Positions 11,185 through 21,611 of a stretch of 64,000 nt of DNA are shown piece after piece. The position numbers and the translations under genes were made by a program. The notes below the pieces were generated by a model. The model was not told where the DNA came from, did not search any database, and saw only the letters and a list, made by a program, of their open reading frames with translations. Source of the DNA: a virus; IMG/VR virus record IMGVR_UViG_3300024344_000003, positions 3,711 through 67,710 of that record; one strand, given 5' to 3'. Numbering within the stretch: position 1 is the stretch's first letter; each line of letters starts with the position of its first letter.

Positions 11185-11919
11185 TTATACTTTTTCTTGT
11201 TGTTTGTCTTGTACCTCTTCTTGATTAGCTATACTATATACATCTTGTTGTTTGATTATTATACCAGCTAATTCTAATATTTTTACTACTAAATTTGTTT
11301 CTTCAGACATATGTAATTCAAAGTTAGTACTATTATTAGTATTATATAAAGCTTCGTCTAATACTGTTGTATACGCCCACTCTACTGTACTAGGTCTAGA
11401 TATGTAGTTACAAACTACACCCGATGTTATAGTAATCGGATATAATTGTATATATCTATCGTTGTCTCCAGTCAAAGCGCTAGCTCTAACATATACAGGT
11501 CTGTTTATTGTTGGTTCGGTTAAAGGTGAGTTTAATATATGATGTATATCGTTTTGAGGAATTTTCTCTATTTCTAAGTATTTGTCATTACATAGATAAT
11601 ACAATTCGCCCATACGATAATAACCGTCAGGTAATAAGAATAATCCATTTTCTACTGTAGCATCTTGTAGTGCTATTGGTATTCTATATTTTTCAAAAAT
11701 ATCTATTTTTTCTTCGAGCAAATCTATCATGTCAGAATACGTAGTATCATTTCCTGGTTTTGCTCTAAATTGATCTAAGTCATAAAAGTATTGCTCAAAT
11801 ATTTCCATTTGTGCTTGATTAGCTAACAAGTTGAATTCTTGAGGCGTTATATAACCTCTTTGTTCTTTATTAGCTATTGCTAGTACTCTTTGATATACTG
11901 TGTCTACGTTAACTGCCAT
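11185..11919 (-). CDS. Tail tubular/head-tail adaptor protein
   Basis: 244 aa; helical N-terminus (VYQRVLAIANKEQRGYITPQEFN); two genes after MCP. Confidence 0.5.
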   Translation of the reverse strand: MAVNVDTVYQRVLAIANKEQRGYITPQEFNLLANQAQMEIFEQYFYDLDQFRAKPGNDTTYSDMIDLLEEKIDIFEKYRIPIALQDATVENGLFLLPDGYYRMGELYYLCNDKYLEIEKIPQNDIHHILNSPLTEPTINRPVYVRASALTGDNDRYIQLYPITITSGVVCNYISRPSTVEWAYTTVLDEALYNTNNSTNFELHMSEETNLVVKILELAGIIIKQQDVYSIANQEEVQDKQQEKV

Positions 11920-11938
11920 ATTAATTTATTTATAGTAA

Positions 11939-11963
11939 GTAACCACCTCATAGAGATGGTTAC
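11939..11963 (-). terminator. Intergenic hairpin, possible terminator or processing site
   Basis: Imperfect inverted repeat GTAACCACCTC-ATA-GAGATGGTTAC. Confidence 0.35.
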
Positions 11964-11978
11964 CTCTATAAGTGATTA

Positions 11979-12719
11979 TTATTTTAATCTTTTTTCAATA
12001 GCTTTAACTACTTCTAAACCGTCATCGGTTTTAAACCAAGCAGATATAGCTGAGTATGGGTGTTCTTCAAAAGGAACTTCAAATAATTTTCTACCATTAC
12101 TTGCCCATTGGAATGATCTGTTATCACCAGCTAGTTTTATAATATTAGCTTCAACAGCTTTTATTGCAAAGTTTCTTAGGTGAACATCATCATCTTGCAT
12201 TAAGTTTAAAAACAAAGCTGATCTTTGTTTAGCAAACAACAAAATATCTCTTTGTATTTCTTTTGAAGTCATTTGAGATACAGCGTTACCGTATTCTACT
12301 CTTAAAATAGCTTCAGCTTCATCTACTGATAATTGTTTTGCCGCAATTAATGCATCAACTTCTAAGTTTATAACATCAAGTTGATCTGTTGCTATCACTT
12401 GTATATCGTGTTCATAATACATTTTATCTTTTAACGGATGATAAAGTGATAATAGTTTTTGTAAGTTTTGCATTCTTCCAGGAACAAATAATGATCCATT
12501 TCTAAATACAATTCTACCAAGTGTTATTTGACCTTTTTGTTCATCTACAAATGGTGAATTTTGATTTGTTGCATATCTTAATTCTCTTTGTATTTGTTGT
12601 TCTTCGTCCCACCAAAGCAAAGGTCTTTTCCTTGAGTGTCTTCCTGGTATTGTAAATACCAAAGGTTGTTTTATTCCAGATAGAATATAAGTTCTATCTT
12701 TAATTTCCCATTTTTCCAT
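11979..12719 (-). CDS. Head-associated hypothetical protein
   Basis: 246 aa ORF directly after MCP. Confidence 0.5.
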   Translation of the reverse strand: MEKWEIKDRTYILSGIKQPLVFTIPGRHSRKRPLLWWDEEQQIQRELRYATNQNSPFVDEQKGQITLGRIVFRNGSLFVPGRMQNLQKLLSLYHPLKDKMYYEHDIQVIATDQLDVINLEVDALIAAKQLSVDEAEAILRVEYGNAVSQMTSKEIQRDILLFAKQRSALFLNLMQDDDVHLRNFAIKAVEANIIKLAGDNRSFQWASNGRKLFEVPFEEHPYSAISAWFKTDDGLEVVKAIEKRLK

Positions 12720-12750
12720 AATATAATATAATTAAAAAGTTTATAAAAAT

Positions 12751-12782
12751 AAAGGTGAGGGTGCCGAAGCACCCATACCTTT
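12751..12782 (-). terminator. Rho-independent terminator after MCP
   Basis: Minus strand AAAGGT-AT-GGGTGC-TTCG-GCACCC-TC-ACCTTT followed by a T-rich tract; C(UUCG)G tetraloop. Confidence 0.75.
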
Positions 12783-12800
12783 AATTAATTAGATGATTGA

Positions 12801-14312
12801 TTAGTCACCATGTACTGCGTCAGTTTTCTTCAATAATACGAAGTTATTAGCCGCTTGAACACATAAACATCTCTCAGATAAGAAATGAACGTTCATTGCG
12901 TCTTCATCACTTGTATAATTTCCACCAACAGATCCAGTGATCCATGATTTCATTCTTCTATCATCAGCTTCAGAAGCTCTATATCTAACGTGTAAGAAAG
13001 GTCTTTTTACGTTTTGACCAAGAATTTGATCATAAACAGTAGAAGTACCAGCAGGTACTATAATACCTTCTACATCATCAGCATTACCTCTTGTAGTACT
13101 GTCATTTAAGTATTTCCAATCAGTTTTATAGAAGTCATAAGAACCTCTTCTAAAACCAGAGAAACCTAAATTAAGTGCCATATCCTCTTGGTTGTTGAAT
13201 ACACCATAAGATGTTCCACCAGAACCATAAGAATTTTGGTTTGCTAACATTTTGTCAATCGCTAAAGCAATATCTCTGTTAGCGAAGATCATGTTTTCTT
13301 CAATAGATCCTTGCTTATCAAGCTCTTTAAGGATGTTATCAAATTCTACAATACCTTCACCTGTACCAGTATCACCAAAGTCAGCATCGTTATAAACAAT
13401 ACCTCTTGATTCAACTGCAGCGAAAAGACCTTCAGAACCTTTAGGAGAGAATGAAGTAGCACCAAAAACGTTTCCTGGAGTAATAGTTACACCAGAAGCA
13501 GTTTTTTCAGCTTCAATCATTGCCATTTCTAATTGATCTTCAAATCTTAGTCTTGCTTCGTGCTCAGACTTTAGATACCATAAGTATCCAGAAGTTCCTA
13601 TTTCAGAAGTTACTTCAACCCAACCAATCTGAGCAGTGTCAGATCCGTTTACACTATACTTGTCTCTAAGAATAATTGGCTTATTGCTATAAGAGTCAAA
13701 TTTAGCGTCAATTGAGTTACCAACTCCTGAAGTTCCTTTTCCGTATTCAGAACCATAAACGAATAACTTAATTCCAGTTATTGCAGCAGATGATGCGTCA
13801 TACGCAGATCCTGCAGCAGAGAAATCAGCTACACTATAAGGTGCCGCTACGAATGTAGGGTTACTAGCGTGAATGCTAGTGATATAAGCTTTAACAGTGT
13901 TTCCACTTTTACTTACAGCGATAGTATCACCAACTTTAAGAAGCGCCTTCTTTTGAGCCGCTGTTTGTCTTAAAGAAGATGGACCAGTTGCGTCGTCAAT
14001 CAAAGTGAACTGAGAGTTACTGTGATCGTCTTGTACAATCTGTACATCACTAAAAGCTACGTGGATTCTGCCTTGCTCTGACCATACGACTTCATCAGAA
14101 GCCATAGGCATTTCAGCGCCAACCATTTTCAAAAAGCCAGAGATAGTACGGTTACCGTATCTTTCTACCTCTTTCTCATATACTTCAGGAAGGAACTGTT
14201 TCGCGAAGTTAAAATCGTTACCCGCGATGTTTAAATAATTACTACCCCATAGATCCTTAGTAGGTCTAGGAGTAAGGTGCATTAATTCTGCACCAGTTCC
14301 AGCTAATGCCAT
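12801..14312 (-). CDS. Major capsid protein
   Basis: 503 aa; terminase-portal-scaffold-MCP order; followed by a strong terminator. Confidence 0.8.
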   Translation of the reverse strand: MALAGTGAELMHLTPRPTKDLWGSNYLNIAGNDFNFAKQFLPEVYEKEVERYGNRTISGFLKMVGAEMPMASDEVVWSEQGRIHVAFSDVQIVQDDHSNSQFTLIDDATGPSSLRQTAAQKKALLKVGDTIAVSKSGNTVKAYITSIHASNPTFVAAPYSVADFSAAGSAYDASSAAITGIKLFVYGSEYGKGTSGVGNSIDAKFDSYSNKPIILRDKYSVNGSDTAQIGWVEVTSEIGTSGYLWYLKSEHEARLRFEDQLEMAMIEAEKTASGVTITPGNVFGATSFSPKGSEGLFAAVESRGIVYNDADFGDTGTGEGIVEFDNILKELDKQGSIEENMIFANRDIALAIDKMLANQNSYGSGGTSYGVFNNQEDMALNLGFSGFRRGSYDFYKTDWKYLNDSTTRGNADDVEGIIVPAGTSTVYDQILGQNVKRPFLHVRYRASEADDRRMKSWITGSVGGNYTSDEDAMNVHFLSERCLCVQAANNFVLLKKTDAVHGD

Positions 14313-14331
14313 AGTTTTTAAATTTTAAGGT

Positions 14332-15612
14332 TTAATTAATTTTGTTAATTTGTACGCGAAGCTTGCTCGAATCATCACCACTAACCACTTTAAACTTAGT
14401 ACCTCCTGCAACTACATTTCCATGTTGTTGATTTGGATCCATGTTAACATTTTTAGCTTTTGCCATACTTTCTTTTATAGCATCAGCTTTTCCTTGTTGA
14501 TAAAAGTGATTTGCAATAGCGTCTGGATTATTGGCTGTAAATAAAGCTTTGTGATAACCTTGTGGATCTGTAAGTTGTTGTTTCTTATCTAAGAATTTAC
14601 CAACAAAATTGTTGATGTCACTTTGGGTATCTTTTACTTTACCTGCATCCTTTACATTGTACCTGTATCTTTTGTCTCCAACTTTGTATTCAAAACCTTT
14701 GAATTCATCGCTGAACAGTTGTTCTGTTTTCGACGTAAATACATTCCTTTGTTCCTCTGCTAATTTTTGATTTTCCGCACTTGCTTCATTGTATCTATTA
14801 AAAAAATCAATGGCTTTTTTTTGATCAGGCGTTAACTTAACACCGGCCTTGATCTCCTCATAGTACGTGGATTTTAAGCCATCCAAATGGCTCTTAGCGT
14901 TTGCAACTTGCTCTTTTAACGCTAATTTTTTACGTTTTATGTCTTTTTCATCATCTGCTTCCGTATCGAATGCAAATTGATCTTCCATCATAAAACTAAT
15001 TTCATCATCAGTAAGATGACCTTTAGTTTGCTTATAGTATTCTCTAAGCAAAGTATTATCATCAATATTACTGTAGTCTTGATTTAATCTAACATATTCT
15101 TCAAGACTTCCACCAGTTTCATTCATAAAGTCTACGACTTTTTGTATGTTTTCTGGTAGCTCCTGACCAGTTTGTTGAGCTTCTTCTACCGCTTCTTCAA
15201 CATTATCTTGAAGCTTTTCGACTTGCTCTTCAACTGCTTCTTTTACTTTTTCGTCAGTTTTAACCTTAGGTTCTTCATCTACTATCTCCTCTATAATAGG
15301 AGCTTCTTCCTTAACTTCTTCCTTAACCTCTTCTTTTACTTCTTCCTTAACCTCTTCTTTAGGTTCTTCTTTAGGTTCATCTAAGCTTACTTTTGTAACC
15401 TCTTCTTCAACCTTTTCTTCTTTAAACTTATCTAAATTTACCTTAACTGGTTCGTCATTATCTTTGTTAACAAACTGTTTTGGAGTTTTAGGAAGTTTAA
15501 CTTTCATATCTCCACCCTCTTCTTTTACTTCAGGGTTTTTGATTTTATTTTCATTTTTTGACTCAGTAGGTTGAATTTCTTCAACTACCTCGTCGGTTTT
15601 TTTCTTAGCCAT
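14332..15612 (-). CDS. Capsid scaffolding protein
   Basis: 426 aa, very acidic with EEVK/EEPK repeats and coiled coil; between portal and MCP. Confidence 0.65.
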   Translation of the reverse strand: MAKKKTDEVVEEIQPTESKNENKIKNPEVKEEGGDMKVKLPKTPKQFVNKDNDEPVKVNLDKFKEEKVEEEVTKVSLDEPKEEPKEEVKEEVKEEVKEEVKEEAPIIEEIVDEEPKVKTDEKVKEAVEEQVEKLQDNVEEAVEEAQQTGQELPENIQKVVDFMNETGGSLEEYVRLNQDYSNIDDNTLLREYYKQTKGHLTDDEISFMMEDQFAFDTEADDEKDIKRKKLALKEQVANAKSHLDGLKSTYYEEIKAGVKLTPDQKKAIDFFNRYNEASAENQKLAEEQRNVFTSKTEQLFSDEFKGFEYKVGDKRYRYNVKDAGKVKDTQSDINNFVGKFLDKKQQLTDPQGYHKALFTANNPDAIANHFYQQGKADAIKESMAKAKNVNMDPNQQHGNVVAGGTKFKVVSGDDSSKLRVQINKIN

Positions 15613-15639
15613 AATATAATATTATATAATTAAACAAAT

Positions 15640-18060
15640 TTATCTAGGATCAAAACCACCTAGACCTATACCACCTAATATATCATTACCCGCAGATTCA
15701 AAGTTTTTAGGTGGTTTTCCGCTTTTTCTTTGATCTATTAATTCAGATTGTTGAGATGCTTGGATTTTAGTCCTTTCATCTTTACGATCTTCCTTTTCTT
15801 TTTCTTTTTTACTTATGACACCAAGCTCCATTTGCTTTAGTTTCATGTTTATTTTAAACTCATGATTCATTAACTCTTTTTTAACTTGAGCTTCTTTCAT
15901 TAATTTACTTTCTTCTAATACAGCTTTACCTTCTTCTAACTGCATTTGAGTTGCAACTAAAGCTTGATTTTTCTCTACTTCAGCTTGTGCTGCAACCTGT
16001 TGAGCTTGTGCGTTAGCATCAGCTTGAGCTTTTATATTTCTTTCTTGCAACTCTTGATCTCTTTCTTGCTTTTTCTTTCTTCTAACCTTCAACATCTCAT
16101 TAGCTAACTTAACATTTTTAATATTCCTTATATCAATAGCATCTTCAAGATCAATTAAACCTTTTGATAAAGCTATTTGAATATTATTCTCAAGCATTTG
16201 TTTTTCTTCCTCATCAGGAGCAAGTTCTATAAATATACCAAAATCATATAAATGTAAATCCGCTAATTCATCTAACGTACCAACATTATGGTTACCTATC
16301 CTTTGTATAAATGCTTCTCTTGTTGGAGAAAACTCTAACACATCTGATATTCTTAATGAAATACCTTCTGCTACCTGAGTGGTTAAATATAAACCAGATT
16401 GCAATATATGTCTAGTTGCTGTATTACTATTAGCGGCTGCTAATTTTTGTATACCAACTAGAGCATGTTTATCTGGTGTGCTTGCATCACGTGCCTCGTT
16501 CAATCCGGTCACGTCTCTGATCATTTGTAGGTAGTAGTTATATGTTTGTATTAGAGACTGTAATTTTTGTCCTCCTGATCCAGCTTGTATCTCCTGAATA
16601 GGTACTTTACCTGGATTCATATCACCCTCTTGCGTCATTGATCTACCAATAACACTACCAGTTTGGAAGAACATGTTTAACGCTTCTTGTGGATTATAGT
16701 TTGTCCCATTACCAAGATCTATTTCAGCTAAACCATCAGCATCTAAATAAACACCATCTGGTACCATTCTAGCTAAAACCTGTTGTAGCTTTAAATGTGT
16801 TAACTGTATCATATCAGCAAAAGTAGTTGTTCTACCTACTAATGATTCTATTCTTCCTTTATACATTCTTGGAGCACATATACTATAATTCATTTTAACT
16901 TTAGTATAATCACTCTTAGGTCTCATCATGTTTGCAGCAAGTCCCCATTTAAGTAATTTGTTACTACCAACAACTAAAGCACCTTCATATAATACCTCTA
17001 AAGATCTTTTTAATTTACCAAACTGTTGTTCTAATACTTCAACAGGTGGATCAAATTGATCATCTCTTAATATTATTTTTTCTGCACCAGTCGCTGTTTC
17101 TTTTACTTTATAAACTTCATTCATATAAGTTTTATAATTAAAATATAAAACTTGCACAGTATTCTTATCGTTTTCACGTGAATCGTTTTGCGATTTGAAT
17201 AAACCAGAAGATGTGAAACCAGACGCTGATATTTCTCCAAGTTCCTCTTGTGTTATGTTAGGAAATTGTTTTTTAAGTTCATTTATAGGTATGTTTTTTA
17301 CTTCACCAACATAATATAAATCATCAAAGAATGGATCTTCTGTATAAGACCATACTAAGTTCGCTGGATCTACATATTCTACTTTAATACCCTCAGTTTG
17401 TGTAAAATGATTTTTAACAGCTCCAATACCTAGTACTGTTAAATCATAGTAAAATCTTTTTCTTATATTCTCGTATTGATTACCTTCTAAAACAACATTA
17501 ATAGCTTGTTCTTCAGCTAATTCAGAAGCTTGCTTGTAAGACAATTGCATGTGTAGCTGTAATTCATCTTCTGAATCAGGTAGTTCTTTAGGATTATTTT
17601 CTTGTAATTGAATACCAAATGCCTCTTCAGCAAAAGCAGCTAACTCTTTAGTCTCCATATCTCTTAATATAGATTCCATATACTCTGTTCTTTTACTAAC
17701 ACCATATGGATCCTGTGAAAATGCTTTTACATCATAACTTCTTTCAGCAATACCATTTACCACTATATCTACAAACTTAGGTATAATAGGTACTGGTTTC
17801 CAGTCTAAATTAAGATAAGACAAATCACCGTTAATAGATAATTCATCTTTATATTTTTGTATTGATTGTTCTCCTCTAGCGTAAAGTCTAAGTTTATGAA
17901 ATTCATTTTGATTATTATAAAATCTATTTACGCCTGAATCTTTATTGAACCATTCACTTTCTATAGCTTTAGCAACCTTCAAACCATATTCTGGCGAAAC
18001 CTTTTCTTGATCGCTTACTACTTGACTAGGAAAAAAACCTTTTAATGCTTGTTCGGCCAT
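15640..18060 (-). CDS. Portal protein
   Basis: 806 aa with a long C-terminal coiled coil; directly after TerL. Confidence 0.8.
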   Translation of the reverse strand: MAEQALKGFFPSQVVSDQEKVSPEYGLKVAKAIESEWFNKDSGVNRFYNNQNEFHKLRLYARGEQSIQKYKDELSINGDLSYLNLDWKPVPIIPKFVDIVVNGIAERSYDVKAFSQDPYGVSKRTEYMESILRDMETKELAAFAEEAFGIQLQENNPKELPDSEDELQLHMQLSYKQASELAEEQAINVVLEGNQYENIRKRFYYDLTVLGIGAVKNHFTQTEGIKVEYVDPANLVWSYTEDPFFDDLYYVGEVKNIPINELKKQFPNITQEELGEISASGFTSSGLFKSQNDSRENDKNTVQVLYFNYKTYMNEVYKVKETATGAEKIILRDDQFDPPVEVLEQQFGKLKRSLEVLYEGALVVGSNKLLKWGLAANMMRPKSDYTKVKMNYSICAPRMYKGRIESLVGRTTTFADMIQLTHLKLQQVLARMVPDGVYLDADGLAEIDLGNGTNYNPQEALNMFFQTGSVIGRSMTQEGDMNPGKVPIQEIQAGSGGQKLQSLIQTYNYYLQMIRDVTGLNEARDASTPDKHALVGIQKLAAANSNTATRHILQSGLYLTTQVAEGISLRISDVLEFSPTREAFIQRIGNHNVGTLDELADLHLYDFGIFIELAPDEEEKQMLENNIQIALSKGLIDLEDAIDIRNIKNVKLANEMLKVRRKKKQERDQELQERNIKAQADANAQAQQVAAQAEVEKNQALVATQMQLEEGKAVLEESKLMKEAQVKKELMNHEFKINMKLKQMELGVISKKEKEKEDRKDERTKIQASQQSELIDQRKSGKPPKNFESAGNDILGGIGLGGFDPR

Positions 18061-18061
18061 G

Positions 18062-20272
18062 TTATTGTTTTATTAATTTTGAATGCATACCTTTATTTTT
18101 ATATTTAGCTATACTTATATTTAACTTTTGTTTTTCTACTTTAGCATAAGGTGTATATAAATGTTTATTACAAGCCATAATCGCTAAACCTGAACTAATA
18201 GTAGCATCAAACTTTGTTCTTTTTGTTATATCAAATCTAGCCCAATCATTTAACGTTCTATTAAAATACATATTACCAGGAAGGCCATCCGATCTTTGAC
18301 CGACATGTTCCTGTATGTACATTTCAATAGCAGCGGCGTGAGCTTGTTTAACATCTTCACTAGTATTTGGTATGCCACCTATTTCTTTTTCTGCAACTGA
18401 TAGTTTATTCCAAACTTTATCAGGTCTATTCATAGAATAACCTCTATAACCTCTTCTTTTTATATAATATAATAATCTAGGTTTGTTATTCTCACATAAT
18501 AACGGCATTCCGTAAAATACTATTGCCATTAAAACGTCTTCAAAAAATATTTCTGCAGTTTGTGGTCTAGCTATATATTCTAAGAAAAATTGACTAGGTG
18601 GACAATCTTCCATACTAAATTTAGTTAAACCGTGTAAAGAACCTTTAGATCCTTTACCATCAACAGTACCTGATATATCGTAACTATCACAACCAAAGGC
18701 ACCCATGTGTTCATTACCTGGGTATTTTCTACCATTGTTGTTTACTACTTTGTTTTGTAAACTTGCTTTTGGTACCCAACTAACTCTAAACCTTCCTTTT
18801 GGATCTGGATAAAATTGTACTTTAGTATCTTTTATACCGTTTACCCATTGAAAATTTCCAATTGATATACCTTGATTTGTTTCTTCGTTGTAATCTATTT
18901 GTTCGTATATTCTAACTAAATTAAATATACTGTTGTTTGCTTCATCTCTAAAAGCATGTTCTTCTGTTCTTGGGAATTGACGATAAAATTCATTTAAACC
19001 GTCTTGATCGTTCTTTAAACCATCAGCTTCATTTTGCCAATGCTCTATAACACCTATATCAATTAAATCTCCCCATGGATCTAATCTTTCTTCTTTTGGC
19101 GTATTAAAAACAGGTATACCATATTCATCAATAAATCCCTCGTAGTTCCACTCCATTGGTATAAATAAACTGTATAAGCCAGAATTAGTTTGGCCATTAC
19201 GGTTTCGTTGAGTAACATCTGAATCATTGTATAATTTTTTAAAGTTGTCGCCACCTTTATCTAAGGCGTTTGATGTTGATCCCATCATACACTTACCAAT
19301 AATTCTACTACCTAACCTTAATGTTGTTTTTGTAACACGCCAGTTATTTAATATGTTATCTGGTCTTTCCCATTTACCACTTTCGTCGTGCGCTAATAGT
19401 TTTAACTTTTCACCATCGTAACTATTATCACCAGTATTTTTCCAATCAATAGTTGTATCAAGTCCTGATAGTTCTTCTATTTTATCATTACTAGTTAACT
19501 TTCTTCTAGTTAATTTAGTTGCTGGTACTCTATATGCTAATTCTGTTTTTGGTCGATCCATACCATCTTGGATCGGTTTAAAGAAAAAAGGATAGTTTAC
19601 TGATATTGGTACAACCTTATCTGTAAACATCTTTTTAGCATCAGCTCCAGTTTTAGATAATATTCCAAACCTAGCATCATTTGATATTGTTGCCATGTTT
19701 ACTATTTCACCTGACGCCATAAACGAAAAACCAGATCGTCTATTTTTCAAGTAACACATACCATAGCATCTTTGATCAGCTTTACAAGCTTCCCAAAATA
19801 TATAAAACAATCTATTTGCTTCTCTAAAATCTGGGTTACCCACATCTATCTTACTCCATTGTAAGTACATATAATGTGTGCCTGTTATGTATATTGGTTC
19901 ACCTAAGTTATAAAACCAGAAACCTTCTTCTCTTCTTCTAAATTCTTCTTCTATATAATCTGCATAACTTTCTTTAAAATCTTCTGGATATTCTCTCCAA
20001 TCAAATATCGTTTTGATTCTTTGTAATTCTTTTGGATATGGTGTTACCTGCCATTTGTCATGCTTAAATTTATGTATTTTTTTAGGAACTTTAGGTAGAG
20101 CTATTTTTAAATTTTGGACTTCAATAACATCTCCTATTTGACCTGTTTTAGATATAACAATAACATCATGTTCTTTATTATATCCATATTTCCATTTTTT
20201 AGACTTATTAAGTCTCTTAATAGTATTGATTTTTATATCATCTACTATTTTATACAAGGTTTGTTCGTACAT
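18062..20272 (-). CDS. terL: Terminase large subunit
   Basis: 736 aa; crAss-type Walker A (LKNRRSGFS), Walker B (LAHDESGK), GSTSN motif, RNase H-like nuclease (GCDSYD...KFDATISSG). Confidence 0.9.
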   Translation of the reverse strand: MYEQTLYKIVDDIKINTIKRLNKSKKWKYGYNKEHDVIVISKTGQIGDVIEVQNLKIALPKVPKKIHKFKHDKWQVTPYPKELQRIKTIFDWREYPEDFKESYADYIEEEFRRREEGFWFYNLGEPIYITGTHYMYLQWSKIDVGNPDFREANRLFYIFWEACKADQRCYGMCYLKNRRSGFSFMASGEIVNMATISNDARFGILSKTGADAKKMFTDKVVPISVNYPFFFKPIQDGMDRPKTELAYRVPATKLTRRKLTSNDKIEELSGLDTTIDWKNTGDNSYDGEKLKLLAHDESGKWERPDNILNNWRVTKTTLRLGSRIIGKCMMGSTSNALDKGGDNFKKLYNDSDVTQRNRNGQTNSGLYSLFIPMEWNYEGFIDEYGIPVFNTPKEERLDPWGDLIDIGVIEHWQNEADGLKNDQDGLNEFYRQFPRTEEHAFRDEANNSIFNLVRIYEQIDYNEETNQGISIGNFQWVNGIKDTKVQFYPDPKGRFRVSWVPKASLQNKVVNNNGRKYPGNEHMGAFGCDSYDISGTVDGKGSKGSLHGLTKFSMEDCPPSQFFLEYIARPQTAEIFFEDVLMAIVFYGMPLLCENNKPRLLYYIKRRGYRGYSMNRPDKVWNKLSVAEKEIGGIPNTSEDVKQAHAAAIEMYIQEHVGQRSDGLPGNMYFNRTLNDWARFDITKRTKFDATISSGLAIMACNKHLYTPYAKVEKQKLNISIAKYKNKGMHSKLIKQ

Positions 20273-20559
20273 TATTTAGATCTTCTTTCTGCAAATCCAC
20301 CAAAAGCAATAGTTTTCTTTTCTTCTTTTGGTTTATTATTTAACATATTCTCTTCTTCCTGTATACGTGTAAGTATTTCAAAAGCATCAAATATAGCTAA
20401 CTTTTTAGTTGCAGCTGCGTTTTTTAACCTATCCGCAGATATATCATCATCACTATCAACTATAGGTTCTTTAGCTACTTTAACTAACTCCTCTACAGCT
20501 TTATAACCAGCTTGGATTATATTCTTTTTCTTTTCCTTGATATTCATATTTAATTGCAA
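20272..20559 (-). CDS. Probable terminase small subunit
   Basis: 95 aa helical ORF coupled to the TerL start. Confidence 0.5.
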   Translation of the reverse strand: MQLNMNIKEKKKNIIQAGYKAVEELVKVAKEPIVDSDDDISADRLKNAAATKKLAIFDAFEILTRIQEEENMLNNKPKEEKKTIAFGGFAERRSK

Positions 20560-21085
20560 TGTCTTGTGTTCTTACTCTATATAATCTTTCACCATCAATA
20601 ATAAATTCATATTCACTATTTGGTGTAAAACCTATTAAACTACCAACTTTAGGTAAATTTTTATTTGTGTATTTTATTATACCCATTAAAGGTTGTTCTT
20701 TATTAGTATCAAACATGTCATAAGATTTTATTGGTTTAATAAAACAATAATCATCTAATGGTATCCACTTATTATCTCTTTTGTAAGCAAATATTTGATC
20801 AATAAAAACAAAATACATATTATCTTTATAATAACCTTTGCCGTCTCTTTCCACACCCTTAATATCTGTGTATCTTCTAAAAACATTATGGTGCACTATT
20901 ATAGTGTCACCTACGTTTATATCTGATTTAAGTGATGAAGGTGTAGAAATTACAACAGCTTCTCTACTAACATATTGATGTTGAAATATATCTGTATTAA
21001 CAATTATATCTTTTCCACCAATTTTTTTAGTATTATTATAACGATTTTTTTTAGGTTTTATTATAAAGTTATATAAACCTTTCAC
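20501..21085 (-). CDS. Two-domain GroES-like protein
   Basis: Two GroES-like beta units (FIIKP...VVISTP...INVGDTII; FIKPI...VGSLIGF...IDGERLYRVRTQDI). Confidence 0.5.
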   Translation of the reverse strand: MKGLYNFIIKPKKNRYNNTKKIGGKDIIVNTDIFQHQYVSREAVVISTPSSLKSDINVGDTIIVHHNVFRRYTDIKGVERDGKGYYKDNMYFVFIDQIFAYKRDNKWIPLDDYCFIKPIKSYDMFDTNKEQPLMGIIKYTNKNLPKVGSLIGFTPNSEYEFIIDGERLYRVRTQDIAIKYEYQGKEKEYNPSWL

Positions 21086-21306
21086 TAATACTCTAAATTA
21101 TACTCTATAGCGATTGCCATATTTTTATTAAAGTCTTTCCAAGGTAGAACTTCTTCTCCTTTTTGTATATATATACTATACTTATCGTCTTCTTCAATTA
21201 TATCACAAATTGTATGCCCTCCGTAAACCTCTTGGCCAACAGCGTAATGCATAGCTTCGTTTTTATAATCTTTACCTATACTAATTTTTCTAATTAACTG
21301 GCTCAT
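21085..21306 (-). CDS. Hypothetical protein
   Basis: 73 aa, translationally coupled to its neighbours. Confidence 0.6.
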   Translation of the reverse strand: MSQLIRKISIGKDYKNEAMHYAVGQEVYGGHTICDIIEEDDKYSIYIQKGEEVLPWKDFNKNMAIAIEYNLEY

Positions 21307-21550
21307 TTGAAGTCTCTTTTAAAGTTCCATCGTTTATATTAACAGAAACTTTTCCATATTTTTTCTGTAAACCAACGTTAAATTCATTTAGTTTGTCTTG
21401 TAAAGTAGCTATTTTTTGTATACCAACTTGTTGTTGATAAGCTAAACCACCAACATCCATTTGGGTTTTGTTGATAGCTGTAACATATTCTTGTATAGTC
21501 TTTAACTCTTCATTTGTAACCTTTGTAGGTTTTGCTTTTGCTTTTGCCAT
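21290..21550 (-). CDS. Hypothetical coiled-coil protein
   Basis: 86 aa; overlaps the next gene. Confidence 0.55.
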   Translation of the reverse strand: MAKAKAKPTKVTNEELKTIQEYVTAINKTQMDVGGLAYQQQVGIQKIATLQDKLNEFNVGLQKKYGKVSVNINDGTLKETSNEPVN

Positions 21551-21611
21551 AATTTTTATATTTAATTAAACTTTATTTCACTTTTATATTATCACGCAAT
21601 TGTCACGTTTT